From: a virus
Length of the DNA stretch: 64,000 bases
Virus record (IMG/VR): IMGVR_UViG_3300026292_000602
Coordinates: 1-64,000 of that record
Direction: 5' to 3' (one strand)
In this document: positions 46,115 through 55,421 of the stretch, piece after piece
Layout: every line of letters starts with the position of its first letter
Numbering within the stretch: position 1 is the first letter of the stretch
The notes under the pieces: model-generated
Databases searched by the model: none
What the model saw: the letters and a program-made list of their open reading frames with translations, nothing else
What the model was told of the DNA's origin: nothing
Translations under genes and position numbers: made by a program

Positions 46115-46663
46115 CTAAATGTATTTAGAAAATGTTTGTCTACTGCACAGTTCAAGAGCTTTTAAGTATTGCTCTTCTTCATTAAAGTCAAACACACTAT
46201 GGTTACTAGGCTGTGCAAACAACCAAGCACCTTGTCGTATTTCATTAGCTAATTGGTCTTCAGTCCATACACTCATACCAGCAAACATTCTCCAACCCTT
46301 AGGAGTGTTACCAGTTGATAGTTTTTCTATCATAAGCATATCACTTGTCATAGCTAATTCATTGCCGCTCTTTAATGTGTTAGTACTTTGCCATTCATTC
46401 GTATGTAACAACAGAACTGATGTATCATTAACAGGTCCGCCTTTGTGAACAAATGTTTCTTCCAATGCAGGATCAAAAGGTATATCTTTAAGAAGTCCTA
46501 GACTTGAACATCTAAACTGACTTGGCTTATTTAAAATGACTCCCATGACTTCGCCGCCGTCTACTCTATGCTCGTAGATATAAACTACAGAACGAGCAAA
46601 CACGGGACTACTGTTTAGTACAGGGCCAGCAATTAATAACTGCCCACTATATTTCGTATTCAC
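46115..46663 (-). CDS. YqgE/AlgH (DUF179) family protein
   Basis: LLIA.P...F.RSV...G.ILNKP...GGPV...G...W...QL..E...GAW; GTG start after GGAG. Confidence 0.88.
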   Translation of the reverse strand: MNTKYSGQLLIAGPVLNSSPVFARSVVYIYEHRVDGGEVMGVILNKPSQFRCSSLGLLKDIPFDPALEETFVHKGGPVNDTSVLLLHTNEWQSTNTLKSGNELAMTSDMLMIEKLSTGNTPKGWRMFAGMSVWTEDQLANEIRQGAWLFAQPSNHSVFDFNEEEQYLKALELCSRQTFSKYI

Positions 46664-46667
46664 GTTT

Positions 46668-46907
46668 CTAACTCCAGTCTGGTAATGGTCCGCCATACTT
46701 TTTGCCTTTTATTTTCTTTCCGCCTACCGTTACACGTTTCTTGCCAACCTTATGGCTTTTACTTCCTGATCGTGTTCGTAGACCTTGCGACTTACAAGAA
46801 GCTAAATTCGATGCACCTAATGAACTATCAGGTCTAGAAGACCTACATAGTTTCTTCGATGCTTGAGCTTCGAGCTCTGCCTTAGTGTCTAAATCAACTA
46901 TTTTCAT
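46668..46907 (-). CDS. Small basic hypothetical protein
   Basis: ORF ending KYGGPLPDWS. Confidence 0.65.
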   Translation of the reverse strand: MKIVDLDTKAELEAQASKKLCRSSRPDSSLGASNLASCKSQGLRTRSGSKSHKVGKKRVTVGGKKIKGKKYGGPLPDWS

Positions 46908-46918
46908 TGCAAATATAT

Positions 46919-47134
46919 TTATCTATATTTGTCTGCTGGGTTGTCGTATCTGTCTCCATCGTCACATAGTTTAAATGTTAGCACTTTACGAGGACCTTTC
47001 GTTGTATTAATAGAAATGTCTCCTGATTTCTCGAAGTATTCGATCTTTGTAATCTTTGCTTTGTCATTGTATTTCCCCACTTGTATTTCTTGCCCAACCT
47101 CTAGGTTGATTGCTAGGTTTCTTAACTGTGTCAT
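46919..47134 (-). CDS. Hypothetical protein
   Basis: AAGGAG SD. Confidence 0.7.
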   Translation of the reverse strand: MTQLRNLAINLEVGQEIQVGKYNDKAKITKIEYFEKSGDISINTTKGPRKVLTFKLCDDGDRYDNPADKYR

Positions 47135-47197
47135 TGGAGTTCTCCTTCCGGTACTACTAGAACGTAGTACTGTCTTTCTTGTATTAGTATTTAACCA

Positions 47198-47210
47198 AGG
47201 CCCCGCTGTA
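47198..47210 (+). repeat. AGGCCCCGCTGTA 13-mer (copies also at 47871-47883 and 59360-59372)
   Basis: Three exact intergenic copies, same orientation. Confidence 0.85.
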
Positions 47211-47272
47211 CGGTTTTCAAATAACCTATTTTAGTTGTTTAACCTAGAACTTGTAGCTAAATATTTCAGCAT

Positions 47273-47860
47273 ATGATAGTTTATACACAAATAAACGAAC
47301 CAAATAACCTAAAAGAGGGTGAAATTTGGCTACCTTGCTTGGAAACTAGCCCAACTAAACACCGACAGAGTTGGAAACAACCACTATTAATTACTCATAT
47401 TGATGCAATTAAGCACTATGACTACGATATAGTACCGTTGTTAGATCAAGTAGTACATTGTATAGGTCCTAAAACTTACGATAGATTAAAGGATATGGGC
47501 TTTACACAAGTACACTTACACGGTCTAGTTGCAGAGGACATCAAGATAAACCAAATGCCTATAACACCTTGCACGTGGTTACACGGCGATCGTTACAGTA
47601 AAGACTTTAGTACCTATAATGGGGTCACTGCTATAAAAACCTTCACTACTTCATTATGTGAGGGGTCACTGTCCAAAATAAAAGAGATGGTCACTACTGG
47701 AAAACCACCATCTAAAATTTTTGTCTACTCAGATTTAGTTTGCCAGGCCCTCCAAGAATTTGGTGACTGGCCCCAGACTGAATTGGGCTTGACAGAGAGT
47801 TGTGAAGCAGATTCGTCTAAGTGGTTGAAATTAAACACTTTTTACCCCGGCGAAGAATAA
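47273..47860 (+). CDS. Divergent uroporphyrinogen-III synthase (HemD)-like protein
   Basis: LP.LE, IT...AI, CIGPKT...L..MGF, WLHG, VYS pattern matches the HemD layout. Confidence 0.55.
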   Translation: MIVYTQINEPNNLKEGEIWLPCLETSPTKHRQSWKQPLLITHIDAIKHYDYDIVPLLDQVVHCIGPKTYDRLKDMGFTQVHLHGLVAEDIKINQMPITPCTWLHGDRYSKDFSTYNGVTAIKTFTTSLCEGSLSKIKEMVTTGKPPSKIFVYSDLVCQALQEFGDWPQTELGLTESCEADSSKWLKLNTFYPGEE

Positions 47861-48027
47861 TTTTACCAAAAGGCCCCGCTGTAAGGGTCACCGCCTGAGA
47901 CCAAAAACCTTCCATTTTATGGGCGGTACAGCAGGTCAAGGTGTCATCCACAGCCTCTCGATTTATTTTTAACTAACCTTGCCAAAATAGGTTGACTTTT
48001 TTAGACGGTGAGCTTATTATAAAGTAT

Positions 48028-48249
48028 ATGATGAGAACACTTATGATTCTGACATTTGCGGTAGTCGTTGGTATTGCAATGATTTCAAATGTAAATGCAG
48101 AAGAGGAAAACTGGTCTAACAAGATCAATAATTGGGTCGTCACTGAAAAACAGGAGATTATAGAGTACCAAAAAAATAGCTGGGCAGAAGGTAAAGCTCA
48201 ATTGGCTAGAAACTGGACTCAAATAAAATCCTTATTTCAAGGCAAATAG
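48028..48249 (+). CDS. Secreted hypothetical protein
   Basis: Signal peptide; ATG directly after the promoter -10. Confidence 0.7.
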   Translation: MMRTLMILTFAVVVGIAMISNVNAEEENWSNKINNWVVTEKQEIIEYQKNSWAEGKAQLARNWTQIKSLFQGK

Positions 48250-48296
48250 GCTCAATTAAATTAAACTACTATAAAAGAGGCATTAGGAGGCCCGTA

Positions 48297-48554
48297 ATGA
48301 AAAAATATATTGCAATAATATTGTTAGGAATCTTCACTACGGGTTGCTCCGTTTCCACTATGTCCACTAACCCCAAATATGAATGGCTCACTGGCTCAAC
48401 AGCCGCCTATGGTGACAAAGAAGGCGATGTCTGTTATACTTGTGGAGAGAATTTTATCTTTATTCCAAATGAAGATTTAGGCTCTCTGAAGTCAGCGAAG
48501 CGAAACGGCTTCCAATGGGGTTGCAATTCAAAAGATTGTGTCCCAGGTTATTAA
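48297..48554 (+). CDS. Lipoprotein
   Basis: Lipobox TTGC. Confidence 0.7.
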   Translation: MKKYIAIILLGIFTTGCSVSTMSTNPKYEWLTGSTAAYGDKEGDVCYTCGENFIFIPNEDLGSLKSAKRNGFQWGCNSKDCVPGY

Positions 48555-48559
48555 GTTAA

Positions 48560-48633
48560 GGGGGAGTGGTATAATGGTATTACACGGGTCTCCAAAACCC
48601 TAGATCAAGGTTCGATTCCTTGCTCCTCTGCCA
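48560..48633 (+). tRNA. tRNA-Trp(CCA)
   Basis: Cloverleaf with loop CUCCAAA, G73; G1-U72 and G3-U70 wobbles. Confidence 0.9.
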
Positions 48634-48760
48634 AATCTTTTTTTAATCTTTTTTCAATTATCCAATAAAATCAATGGTTTACAAGGCCAAAAAAAGGTTG
48701 ACCTTTTGGATCTTTGACCTTATACTATATATAACAATTAGGAAAAAGAGGGCTTAAAAT

Positions 48761-49276
48761 ATGTTAGAATTACTTCAAGAAATTAAATCCAGAAACATTA
48801 AAACAAAGGCTTGGATCGCGGAAGATCCTAAAAACCGTTGGGCTGGTTTATACCCTGAAGATAAGGCGTATTGGGTGGAAAGAAAAATCACTACTCTTGA
48901 TGAGTTAGAGAGAGATGAGTTGGCCACTTATATATATGATGCCCACAAGACTGCCTTTGGCTGTAAAGGTCGTCATTATGATTTTAATGCTATGAGCCTT
49001 CAAGAGTTGAAGGACGAAGCCGACTATATTTCTAAGGCTTGTGATGAGCAAATGGAACTTGAAGCCAAGATGGAAAAAGAGGCGGTCGAACGATTTGAAA
49101 CTTCTATCAAAGAATATCTTCCAATGGCAGGTAGCAGGGAAGATGCTATTCGTTGGATACTTCAAGCAGAAGATTTAGATAAGGAATGGGATGCCGGTTA
49201 TATTTGTTATAACTTAGGTCTTCCATATAGCATGGAGAAAGAATTTCAACCATTAATAACCAAGGAGGTAGCATAA
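48761..49276 (+). CDS. Early hypothetical protein
   Basis: Follows a promoter cassette. Confidence 0.8.
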   Translation: MLELLQEIKSRNIKTKAWIAEDPKNRWAGLYPEDKAYWVERKITTLDELERDELATYIYDAHKTAFGCKGRHYDFNAMSLQELKDEADYISKACDEQMELEAKMEKEAVERFETSIKEYLPMAGSREDAIRWILQAEDLDKEWDAGYICYNLGLPYSMEKEFQPLITKEVA

Positions 49277-49530
49277 TGGCATTTGAAAGAGAAGCGATGG
49301 ATTTCGTGAAATTTGATGTGGCTATGGAACATGGCCAAAGAATTAAACCCTGGTTCGAATATGGAACTATGTGGTGCGATCACATTAATGAAGAAGAGGC
49401 AGATACAATAGTTTCTTCATTAGAAACTTTCACTGGCTACAAGGTGAAAAAGTCTTTACTGAGACCTAGCAAGACAGAACCATGGAATCAGTGGGCATTT
49501 GATATTACCAATTTCAATTTACTCGCATAG
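49276..49530 (+). CDS. Hypothetical protein
   Basis: AAGGAGG SD, coupled. Confidence 0.75.
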   Translation: MAFEREAMDFVKFDVAMEHGQRIKPWFEYGTMWCDHINEEEADTIVSSLETFTGYKVKKSLLRPSKTEPWNQWAFDITNFNLLA

Positions 49531-49614
49531 ATATTGGTAAAATAATGGTTGACTTTTATAGCGACTGGCTTTATTATTAAACAATAGGCAAACAAAAAAG
49601 AGAGGCAAAAATAT

Positions 49615-49986
49615 ATGATACAAGGGCAAACAATAACACCAGACATGGTACCAAGCATAACTAACGAAGCAGAAATGGCGGCGAAAACAGCCATTCTAAA
49701 TTATCTTAATGATTGGAATGAAAAGACGGGCGGAAACGAATACGGCGAACCAATGTATTGTGGTTTTGCCTGGGTTGAACTTCCACAGATGAAATTGTCA
49801 ACGAAATTAGGCAAGGCATTTGAGGCAGTAGGTTTTAAGAAGTCTTATTCAAGAGGCGTCACTAAATGGAACCCGGGTAATCACAACGGTCAATCAATGG
49901 ATTGTAAAGAAGTTGGTGCTCAGGCTTATGCTGAGGTTTTAGAAAAATACGGCGTGAAGGCGTATATGGGATCGAGGGCAGACTAA
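49615..49986 (+). CDS. Conserved phage hypothetical protein (CGFAWV...QS...KE..A.AYA)
   Basis: Motif typical of T4-like early ORFs. Confidence 0.8.
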   Translation: MIQGQTITPDMVPSITNEAEMAAKTAILNYLNDWNEKTGGNEYGEPMYCGFAWVELPQMKLSTKLGKAFEAVGFKKSYSRGVTKWNPGNHNGQSMDCKEVGAQAYAEVLEKYGVKAYMGSRAD

Positions 49987-50375
49987 TGTCAGTAGATACC
50001 GAAGTATATTATAATGTCGAAGACCTAGGTAAGAATCTTTACAGAAAGAAAACTTATTATACGGTCTGCGTCGAACAAGATGTTCTTGCTAAAGACAAGG
50101 ACGAAGCTGATCAAAAATTCCTAGATGGCGGTGGAATTAATCATAGCGAAATATCTAGAAACATCACAGAAGAAAAAGACGGTGTTGAAACTTATATGGT
50201 TGATACCAACTATCAGGAATCAGGCGATACTGAATTCATAGGCAAGGTTGCATATGAAGATGATGAATATGCTAAAGAAGATGGCATGGTTGAAATAGAT
50301 ACCTATGCTGAGGAGCATGAAGCATCGCCAATGAAAGACTTTAAAGAAAAAGTTTTAGAGGGAGAAACAATATGA
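49986..50375 (+). CDS. Acidic hypothetical protein
   Basis: Coupled ORF. Confidence 0.75.
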   Translation: MSVDTEVYYNVEDLGKNLYRKKTYYTVCVEQDVLAKDKDEADQKFLDGGGINHSEISRNITEEKDGVETYMVDTNYQESGDTEFIGKVAYEDDEYAKEDGMVEIDTYAEEHEASPMKDFKEKVLEGETI

Positions 50376-50587
50376 TTAGATCGAAAACGACACCAAAAGA
50401 ATTAGTCATCGACTTAACAGGTCCTCAAGGTAATGCTTTCTTCTTGTTAGCCAATGCATCAAAGTTGGCCAAACAATTAGGGCTGAATCCATTCCAAGTT
50501 TTAGAGGAAATGAAGGAAGGTGACTACGAACATTTAATACAAGTCTTTGACAAATATTTCGGAGACTATGTGGTATTAGAAAGGTAA
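50372..50587 (+). CDS. Conserved phage hypothetical protein (IDLTGP.GNAF)
   Basis: Coupled ORF with recognisable motif. Confidence 0.8.
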   Translation: MIRSKTTPKELVIDLTGPQGNAFFLLANASKLAKQLGLNPFQVLEEMKEGDYEHLIQVFDKYFGDYVVLER

Positions 50588-50591
50588 TTGT

Positions 50592-50825
50592 ATGTGGGAA
50601 GATGAATTATTTGATGAAATTCGAAAAGGCGATACCGTTTGGTATAAAGACTCGTCAGGATCGAATCTAAAAGGCAAGGCAATTTTGTTTGGCCCTATGG
50701 GTTGGGTTCTAAAAACTGAATTTGGCACTTCACAGGTAGTAATGGAAGGTGACAATTATTTAGGCCATACACCTGGCAAAGGCGAACGAGTTGACGACCA
50801 CTTGGGAAAGTTCTTAAATGCCTGA
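50592..50825 (+). CDS. Hypothetical protein
   Basis: ORF in operon. Confidence 0.7.
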   Translation: MWEDELFDEIRKGDTVWYKDSSGSNLKGKAILFGPMGWVLKTEFGTSQVVMEGDNYLGHTPGKGERVDDHLGKFLNA

Positions 50826-50920
50826 TTGGATTATGCTTATATTATATTCCATCTTAATAGTTGGGGTACCATATGGGTTTATAAGTTTATTATTATTAAG
50901 TTGGAACAAGGAGGACCCGA

Positions 50921-51130
50921 GTGATAGAAAGTGATATAAATTTACTTTTTAAGGTTTTTATATATTCAAGTCTTTTAGTAGGTTGTGGATATTTACTAGG
51001 AAAAGATAAAGGCGTGAAAGTAGGAGCCGGAAGAGCGGTTGATAGTCTATGTGAGAATGGATATTTGAAGCATAAGAAACAGCCAGACGGAAATGTCGAA
51101 TTAATCAAACTGAACGGAGAAATAGAATGA
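50921..51130 (+). CDS. Small membrane protein
   Basis: AGGAGG SD, one TM segment. Confidence 0.65.
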   Translation: MIESDINLLFKVFIYSSLLVGCGYLLGKDKGVKVGAGRAVDSLCENGYLKHKKQPDGNVELIKLNGEIE

Positions 51131-51363
51131 AATGGTTATTGATTTCGATGGCACTAAATCTACAAGTGACTTATCCAGACCAAAAGGTTTGCATGACAGC
51201 CCTTGAGCAAGTTAAGACTCAAGATATGGCGGCGATATGTATCCCGGCAGGAGAGGATAAGATTGAAACTCAAATGAACTCTGTTTTCACTAATTTTTTA
51301 GGATTGGTTAAAGAATTACAGAAAATGGAATTGGAAAACTCCAAAGAAAATGGCACAAATTAG
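51127..51363 (+). CDS. Hypothetical protein
   Basis: ATGA overlap. Confidence 0.7.
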   Translation: MKWLLISMALNLQVTYPDQKVCMTALEQVKTQDMAAICIPAGEDKIETQMNSVFTNFLGLVKELQKMELENSKENGTN

Positions 51364-51446
51364 GGGTTGACCTTTTGAGCAAGAGGCCTTATACTTAAAG
51401 AATAATAAGGCATATTAACATTATGAAAAAGAGAGGCACAAATAAT

Positions 51447-51737
51447 ATGAACAATCTAGTCACAAAGGCAAGCGAACTAATATATCAAATGGACAACGAT
51501 CAGTTGAACCAGGTTATCGATGCAATTAAATTGAAAAGAACTCACATAGCCAAACAGGCTGTAAGGTCTTTTAGAATTGGTGATATTGTAGGATTCACTG
51601 GTAAGAGAGGGAACCAGGTTTCAGGTAAGGTTAAAAAGATTAATCAAAAATATGTTTTGATTGATTGTGGTACACAGGGTCAATGGAGAGTTCCAGGAAA
51701 CCACCTTACTAAATTAGGCATCGGAGAAGAGGCCTAA
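51447..51737 (+). CDS. Hypothetical protein, SH3/KOW-like C-terminus
   Basis: FRIGDIV.F...GKV.KIN.K...WRVP. Confidence 0.7.
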   Translation: MNNLVTKASELIYQMDNDQLNQVIDAIKLKRTHIAKQAVRSFRIGDIVGFTGKRGNQVSGKVKKINQKYVLIDCGTQGQWRVPGNHLTKLGIGEEA

Positions 51738-51738
51738 T

Positions 51739-51900
51739 ATGGATAAATTGGAATTACTAAATCAAATTAGATTGAACGGTATCGACGGTGTCGATGGTAT
51801 TATTGATATGATTATAGACACTATTGATGATGGTGATAAGGAAGGAGCCAAAGATTGGCTTCTTCAATTAAAAGACGAAATTTACGAGGCAAGTTTATAA
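51739..51900 (+). CDS. Small acidic protein (53 aa)
   Basis: Manual translation MDKLELLNQIRL... Confidence 0.6.
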   Translation: MDKLELLNQIRLNGIDGVDGIIDMIIDTIDDGDKEGAKDWLLQLKDEIYEASL

Positions 51901-52106
51901 TGGGACCTTTCTCAGAAGAGAAACAATTTCAAAGAGCCAAGGCTATCGAAAGGCTCATAAAAAATAATCCAGATCTTGATGAGATGACTCTCAATATGTG
52001 GAAGACCAAACTTAAGAATCTCGCTCTAGACGAAGAACGATATAATGCTAGGGTGAGATCTATTTTTGAAAATATGAAAAAACACCCACTGGTCAAATGG
52101 AACTAA
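51900..52106 (+). CDS. Hypothetical protein
   Basis: TAATG coupling. Confidence 0.65.
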   Translation: MGPFSEEKQFQRAKAIERLIKNNPDLDEMTLNMWKTKLKNLALDEERYNARVRSIFENMKKHPLVKWN

Positions 52107-52516
52107 AAGAAAATCAATTCATTAAGGTTAAGGTAGAAAATGTAATGTATCCTTATAGGGATCGTTATGCTTTTCATATTCCAGAATTTAATTATTACGA
52201 AGGTAAGGTAATATATCAACAATGGTTCAAACCCGGAGAGGTTGGAATCACAACCGGAGATCCTAATTTTGAATTTAGGGTTATCCAAAAAGAAAGGATT
52301 GTGGAGGTGAACGATGAAAAATCCGAATTCCCCAAACAATCGCTTTCGGCACGAAAAGATAGTGAAGGACAAAGAATCTCTGTTAAGGGTAAGACAGGAA
52401 ATCTATACGAAGTCCAAATCGGAGGGAGATGGGGATCATCTTGCTCTTGTAAAGGCTATCAATTTCGTAGGACTTGCAGACACATCGCCGAAGCGGAATC
52501 ACAGATCGCGGCGTAA
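52097..52516 (+). CDS. SWIM zinc-finger protein
   Basis: CSCKGYQFRRTCRH. Confidence 0.8.
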   Translation: MELKENQFIKVKVENVMYPYRDRYAFHIPEFNYYEGKVIYQQWFKPGEVGITTGDPNFEFRVIQKERIVEVNDEKSEFPKQSLSARKDSEGQRISVKGKTGNLYEVQIGGRWGSSCSCKGYQFRRTCRHIAEAESQIAA

Positions 52517-52592
52517 AAAAAACCGAAATTAATGGTTGACTTTATCGGTCAGTGACCTTATAATAAAAGAATAATAAGGAAGAGGCAAAATT

Positions 52593-52766
52593 ATGGCAAA
52601 CGAATTAGTTGAACAAATTGCAAGAATGAACTTGGAGCAAAGAGACGATTTTGTAAAGACTCTCGTAAGAAAATGGCCACATATGGCAGAGAGTTTAGGT
52701 AATGGTATCGGTCTAGAACTGATGATCAAATTTAACCAACAAGAGAAGGAGGCATCAAGTGATTAG
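52593..52766 (+). CDS. Small hypothetical protein (57 aa)
   Basis: After a promoter cassette; MANELVEQIARM... Confidence 0.65.
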   Translation: MANELVEQIARMNLEQRDDFVKTLVRKWPHMAESLGNGIGLELMIKFNQQEKEASSD

Positions 52767-52902
52767 AGCAATCATTTTTATGGGCTTAGGCGCTTTGGCT
52801 TTTTATCTTTATCAGAACCCGGGTGAAATGGACACGGTAGTTCAACAAGGTAAAGATTTATTGAACCAAGGGGCAACGATAGTTCAAGAAAAAACTAATT
52901 AA
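52759..52902 (+). CDS. Small membrane protein
   Basis: GTG after AGGAGG, N-terminal TM segment. Confidence 0.55.
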   Translation: MIRAIIFMGLGALAFYLYQNPGEMDTVVQQGKDLLNQGATIVQEKTN

Positions 52903-52919
52903 GAACCAGGTAAGGGCAA

Positions 52920-53354
52920 ATGGATATAATATTCGACATCGATGGGACTTTGATGAATATCGAACATCGTAAGAAGTTCGTAGAGCAGAGACCAAAAGAC
53001 TGGAAGAGCTTTCGTGAGCTTACGAAAGACGATACTCCAAACGAAGATGTCTTTGCGATAGCCATTGCCTTGCAGAAACAGGGTCATAATATCTTAATCG
53101 CTAGTGGGAGGAACAAGAGTCAACGAGCAATCACTTTGATGCAATTGATGGGCCAGAAGTTGGTCTTCAGAGATATTAAATTAAGAAGTGATAAAGACTT
53201 TCGTCCAGATCATTTTGTGAAGAAAGATATGTTAGATCAGTTTCGAGCAGAAGGATGGAAACCTGAGTTGGTCTTTGATGACAGAACTTCTGTCGTTGAG
53301 ATGTGGAGAGAAAACGGTCTTCGTGCAGTTCAAGTCGCACCAGGAGACTTTTAA
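52920..53354 (+). CDS. HAD-family phosphatase (T4 Pnkp 3'-phosphatase-like)
   Basis: FDIDGT, SGR, K, FDDR. Confidence 0.88.
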   Translation: MDIIFDIDGTLMNIEHRKKFVEQRPKDWKSFRELTKDDTPNEDVFAIAIALQKQGHNILIASGRNKSQRAITLMQLMGQKLVFRDIKLRSDKDFRPDHFVKKDMLDQFRAEGWKPELVFDDRTSVVEMWRENGLRAVQVAPGDF

Positions 53355-53475
53355 TCGGTAGTGGAGTAGAAACCCTGTTAGACCTAACACCTATGTCAGA
53401 AATTAAGTTAGGCGAGTCACAGGGGGGCGACTTTCTAGGAGAGGCCCCCCACCTTTTAACTGAGAGAGGCAACCA

Positions 53476-53691
53476 ATGGCATATTATATCCTACCGTCAA
53501 TAGACACCAAAAGATACACGAAGATTCCAAATCTAGAAGGACCCTTTATGTGGCGATCCGGAAAGGTGGTCTACTACGACCCAATGGAAGGTAAGTATTA
53601 CGATAGAGATACAGATATGTATCTAGACGATTCAGAACGAGAAGCCCACGATGGGTTTGATAGTTTCTTTAAAGGAGAGACCAATGCTTAA
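53476..53691 (+). CDS. Hypothetical protein
   Basis: LEGPF...YYDP.EGKYYD. Confidence 0.75.
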   Translation: MAYYILPSIDTKRYTKIPNLEGPFMWRSGKVVYYDPMEGKYYDRDTDMYLDDSEREAHDGFDSFFKGETNA

Positions 53692-53956
53692 ACCAGAAGA
53701 TATTAAACCAGGCAAATCTTATGCTTGTAAATTTAAGGCTGAGATGATGTTAGACATCTATGGTCGCCCACCAGGATTAAGTGATACACCTTTGGCTGGC
53801 CCAGGGTGGTATGAGAGTTTTGGCTTGATTACAATCCGAGATATGAATACCAAGTTATTCAAAATCACTGATCTAGAAGGTGAAGCGAAGGGTAAGACAT
53901 ATACCGTTCCTTTCGATCAATGCTGGGATATAGACGAAGCGAATTTGGTAAAATAA
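53684..53956 (+). CDS. Hypothetical protein
   Basis: AGGAG SD. Confidence 0.7.
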   Translation: MLKPEDIKPGKSYACKFKAEMMLDIYGRPPGLSDTPLAGPGWYESFGLITIRDMNTKLFKITDLEGEAKGKTYTVPFDQCWDIDEANLVK

Positions 53957-54022
53957 GAAGTTGACATTTGAGCTTTCTGGCTTTATAAATTAAGAATATA
54001 AAAAATTAACAGAAAGGCAAGA

Positions 54023-54211
54023 ATGTCAATCCAACCACCAGTAGGCCCATTAGAGCTAGAAGAAAGACAAAGAAAACTTGATGCGATGTTGAAGGACTTC
54101 ATCAAGAAGGGCGGTAAAATAGAAATAATCCCACCAGGAATGACCGGCGAAATGTACCGGGAAAATCAAAAAGGCACAAAAAAGAAAAAAGGAAGGAAAA
54201 CTAGGAAATGA
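54023..54211 (+). CDS. Small basic hypothetical protein (F..KGGKI motif)
   Basis: After a promoter cassette. Confidence 0.65.
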   Translation: MSIQPPVGPLELEERQRKLDAMLKDFIKKGGKIEIIPPGMTGEMYRENQKGTKKKKGRKTRK

Positions 54212-54402
54212 GAATTGTCCTAAATAGACCTAAACTCTTCATCTTTGAGATCGAAGGTAATGAAGAAATAGAAGTCAATGCGATGGATTTCAAAGATGCT
54301 TGTCTTACATTAGAAGAACAGGCTCCAGATCTTAAAATTAATGACATAATTTCAATCCAGGAGATTCATTCTCCTATTCCAGGTGTTGATACTATTCATT
54401 AA
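54208..54402 (+). CDS. Hypothetical protein
   Basis: ATGA overlap. Confidence 0.65.
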   Translation: MRIVLNRPKLFIFEIEGNEEIEVNAMDFKDACLTLEEQAPDLKINDIISIQEIHSPIPGVDTIH

Positions 54403-54483
54403 TTTTGGTAAAATAGTGGTTGACTATATGAGTCAAAGGCTATATTATAATATTAACAATAAGGCAAACAGAGAGGCAAAAAT

Positions 54484-54984
54484 ATGTCAACAAGGGCAAG
54501 AATAGGGTTTCAAAAAGCAGACGGATCAATCATAGGTGCTTATCAGCATTTCGACGGATATCCAGGTGGACTTGGATACCTTTTAGTAGATCATTGGGAA
54601 GATAGCAAAAAGACAGAATCGGCTATTAAGTTAGGCGATGCATCTTTTTGGAGATATCATGAAGGTAAGAAAATAGACTTTGATGATAGAGGTCATCCTA
54701 TGTATGAGATTCAGAATCTTTACTATGGTAGAGATAGAGGCGAAAAAGATGTAGGAGCAAAAACCTATAAAGACGAGAAAGAATATTTGTCAAAGGGTTT
54801 TAATAGTGGAGAAGATTATATCTATCTCTTAAAGGATGTAGGCGAGCAAGATTTTTTAGGTAAGCCGAAATATACTTGGTTCTATACGAAGTATGACCAA
54901 ACGGATAGTCTTAAACCTTTAGAAGCTGATGCGATTAAAGATAAGATTGAAATGTTAAAATATCATCTTAAGGAGAACAAATAA
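54484..54984 (+). CDS. Conserved phage hypothetical protein (MSTR.RIG...Y.H.DGYP)
   Basis: Recognisable motif, follows a promoter cassette. Confidence 0.8.
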   Translation: MSTRARIGFQKADGSIIGAYQHFDGYPGGLGYLLVDHWEDSKKTESAIKLGDASFWRYHEGKKIDFDDRGHPMYEIQNLYYGRDRGEKDVGAKTYKDEKEYLSKGFNSGEDYIYLLKDVGEQDFLGKPKYTWFYTKYDQTDSLKPLEADAIKDKIEMLKYHLKENK

Positions 54985-55421
54985 TGTCAGACCATTATGA
55001 AGTTAAAGAATTAAGACATACCGACGGAAATTTTGATGTGAAGGTTGGATACTTTTATGAAGACATTCACCCATCGGACTTATTTGATAATTCACCTAAC
55101 CCAGACAATGATGGCAAGCCATATTATGACACGGACGAGATGGCAAAAAGAATTGATTCGGGCAACGATGCTTGGTTTGGCTTTTGGGCGAAATATTTTT
55201 ATAAAGGTCACGAAGTAGGTTATGCTAACCTAGGTGGTCTTTATTATGAGAATGATCATGCAGAAGGCGTTATTGAAAAAGAAGCCAAGTCAGGAGATCA
55301 TTGTTGGTATAAAGATGTGGTCGAAGAAGCAAAAGATCAAGCGATTAAGGAAGTTGGTGATCTGCATAGGCAGATGGAGTTAGACTTCGGTAAAGGATTT
55401 TCGACTCAGGCTGTTGGTTAG
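54984..55421 (+). CDS. Hypothetical protein
   Basis: Coupled ORF. Confidence 0.75.
   Translation: MSDHYEVKELRHTDGNFDVKVGYFYEDIHPSDLFDNSPNPDNDGKPYYDTDEMAKRIDSGNDAWFGFWAKYFYKGHEVGYANLGGLYYENDHAEGVIEKEAKSGDHCWYKDVVEEAKDQAIKEVGDLHRQMELDFGKGFSTQAVG

Noticed and set aside
1-47860. Bacterial chromosome origin, suggested by dnaK, hemA, guaC and ssrA
   Set aside because: These genes are out of their usual operons and interleaved with PAAR, denV, virion genes, TAAATA late motifs and phage-type small ORFs
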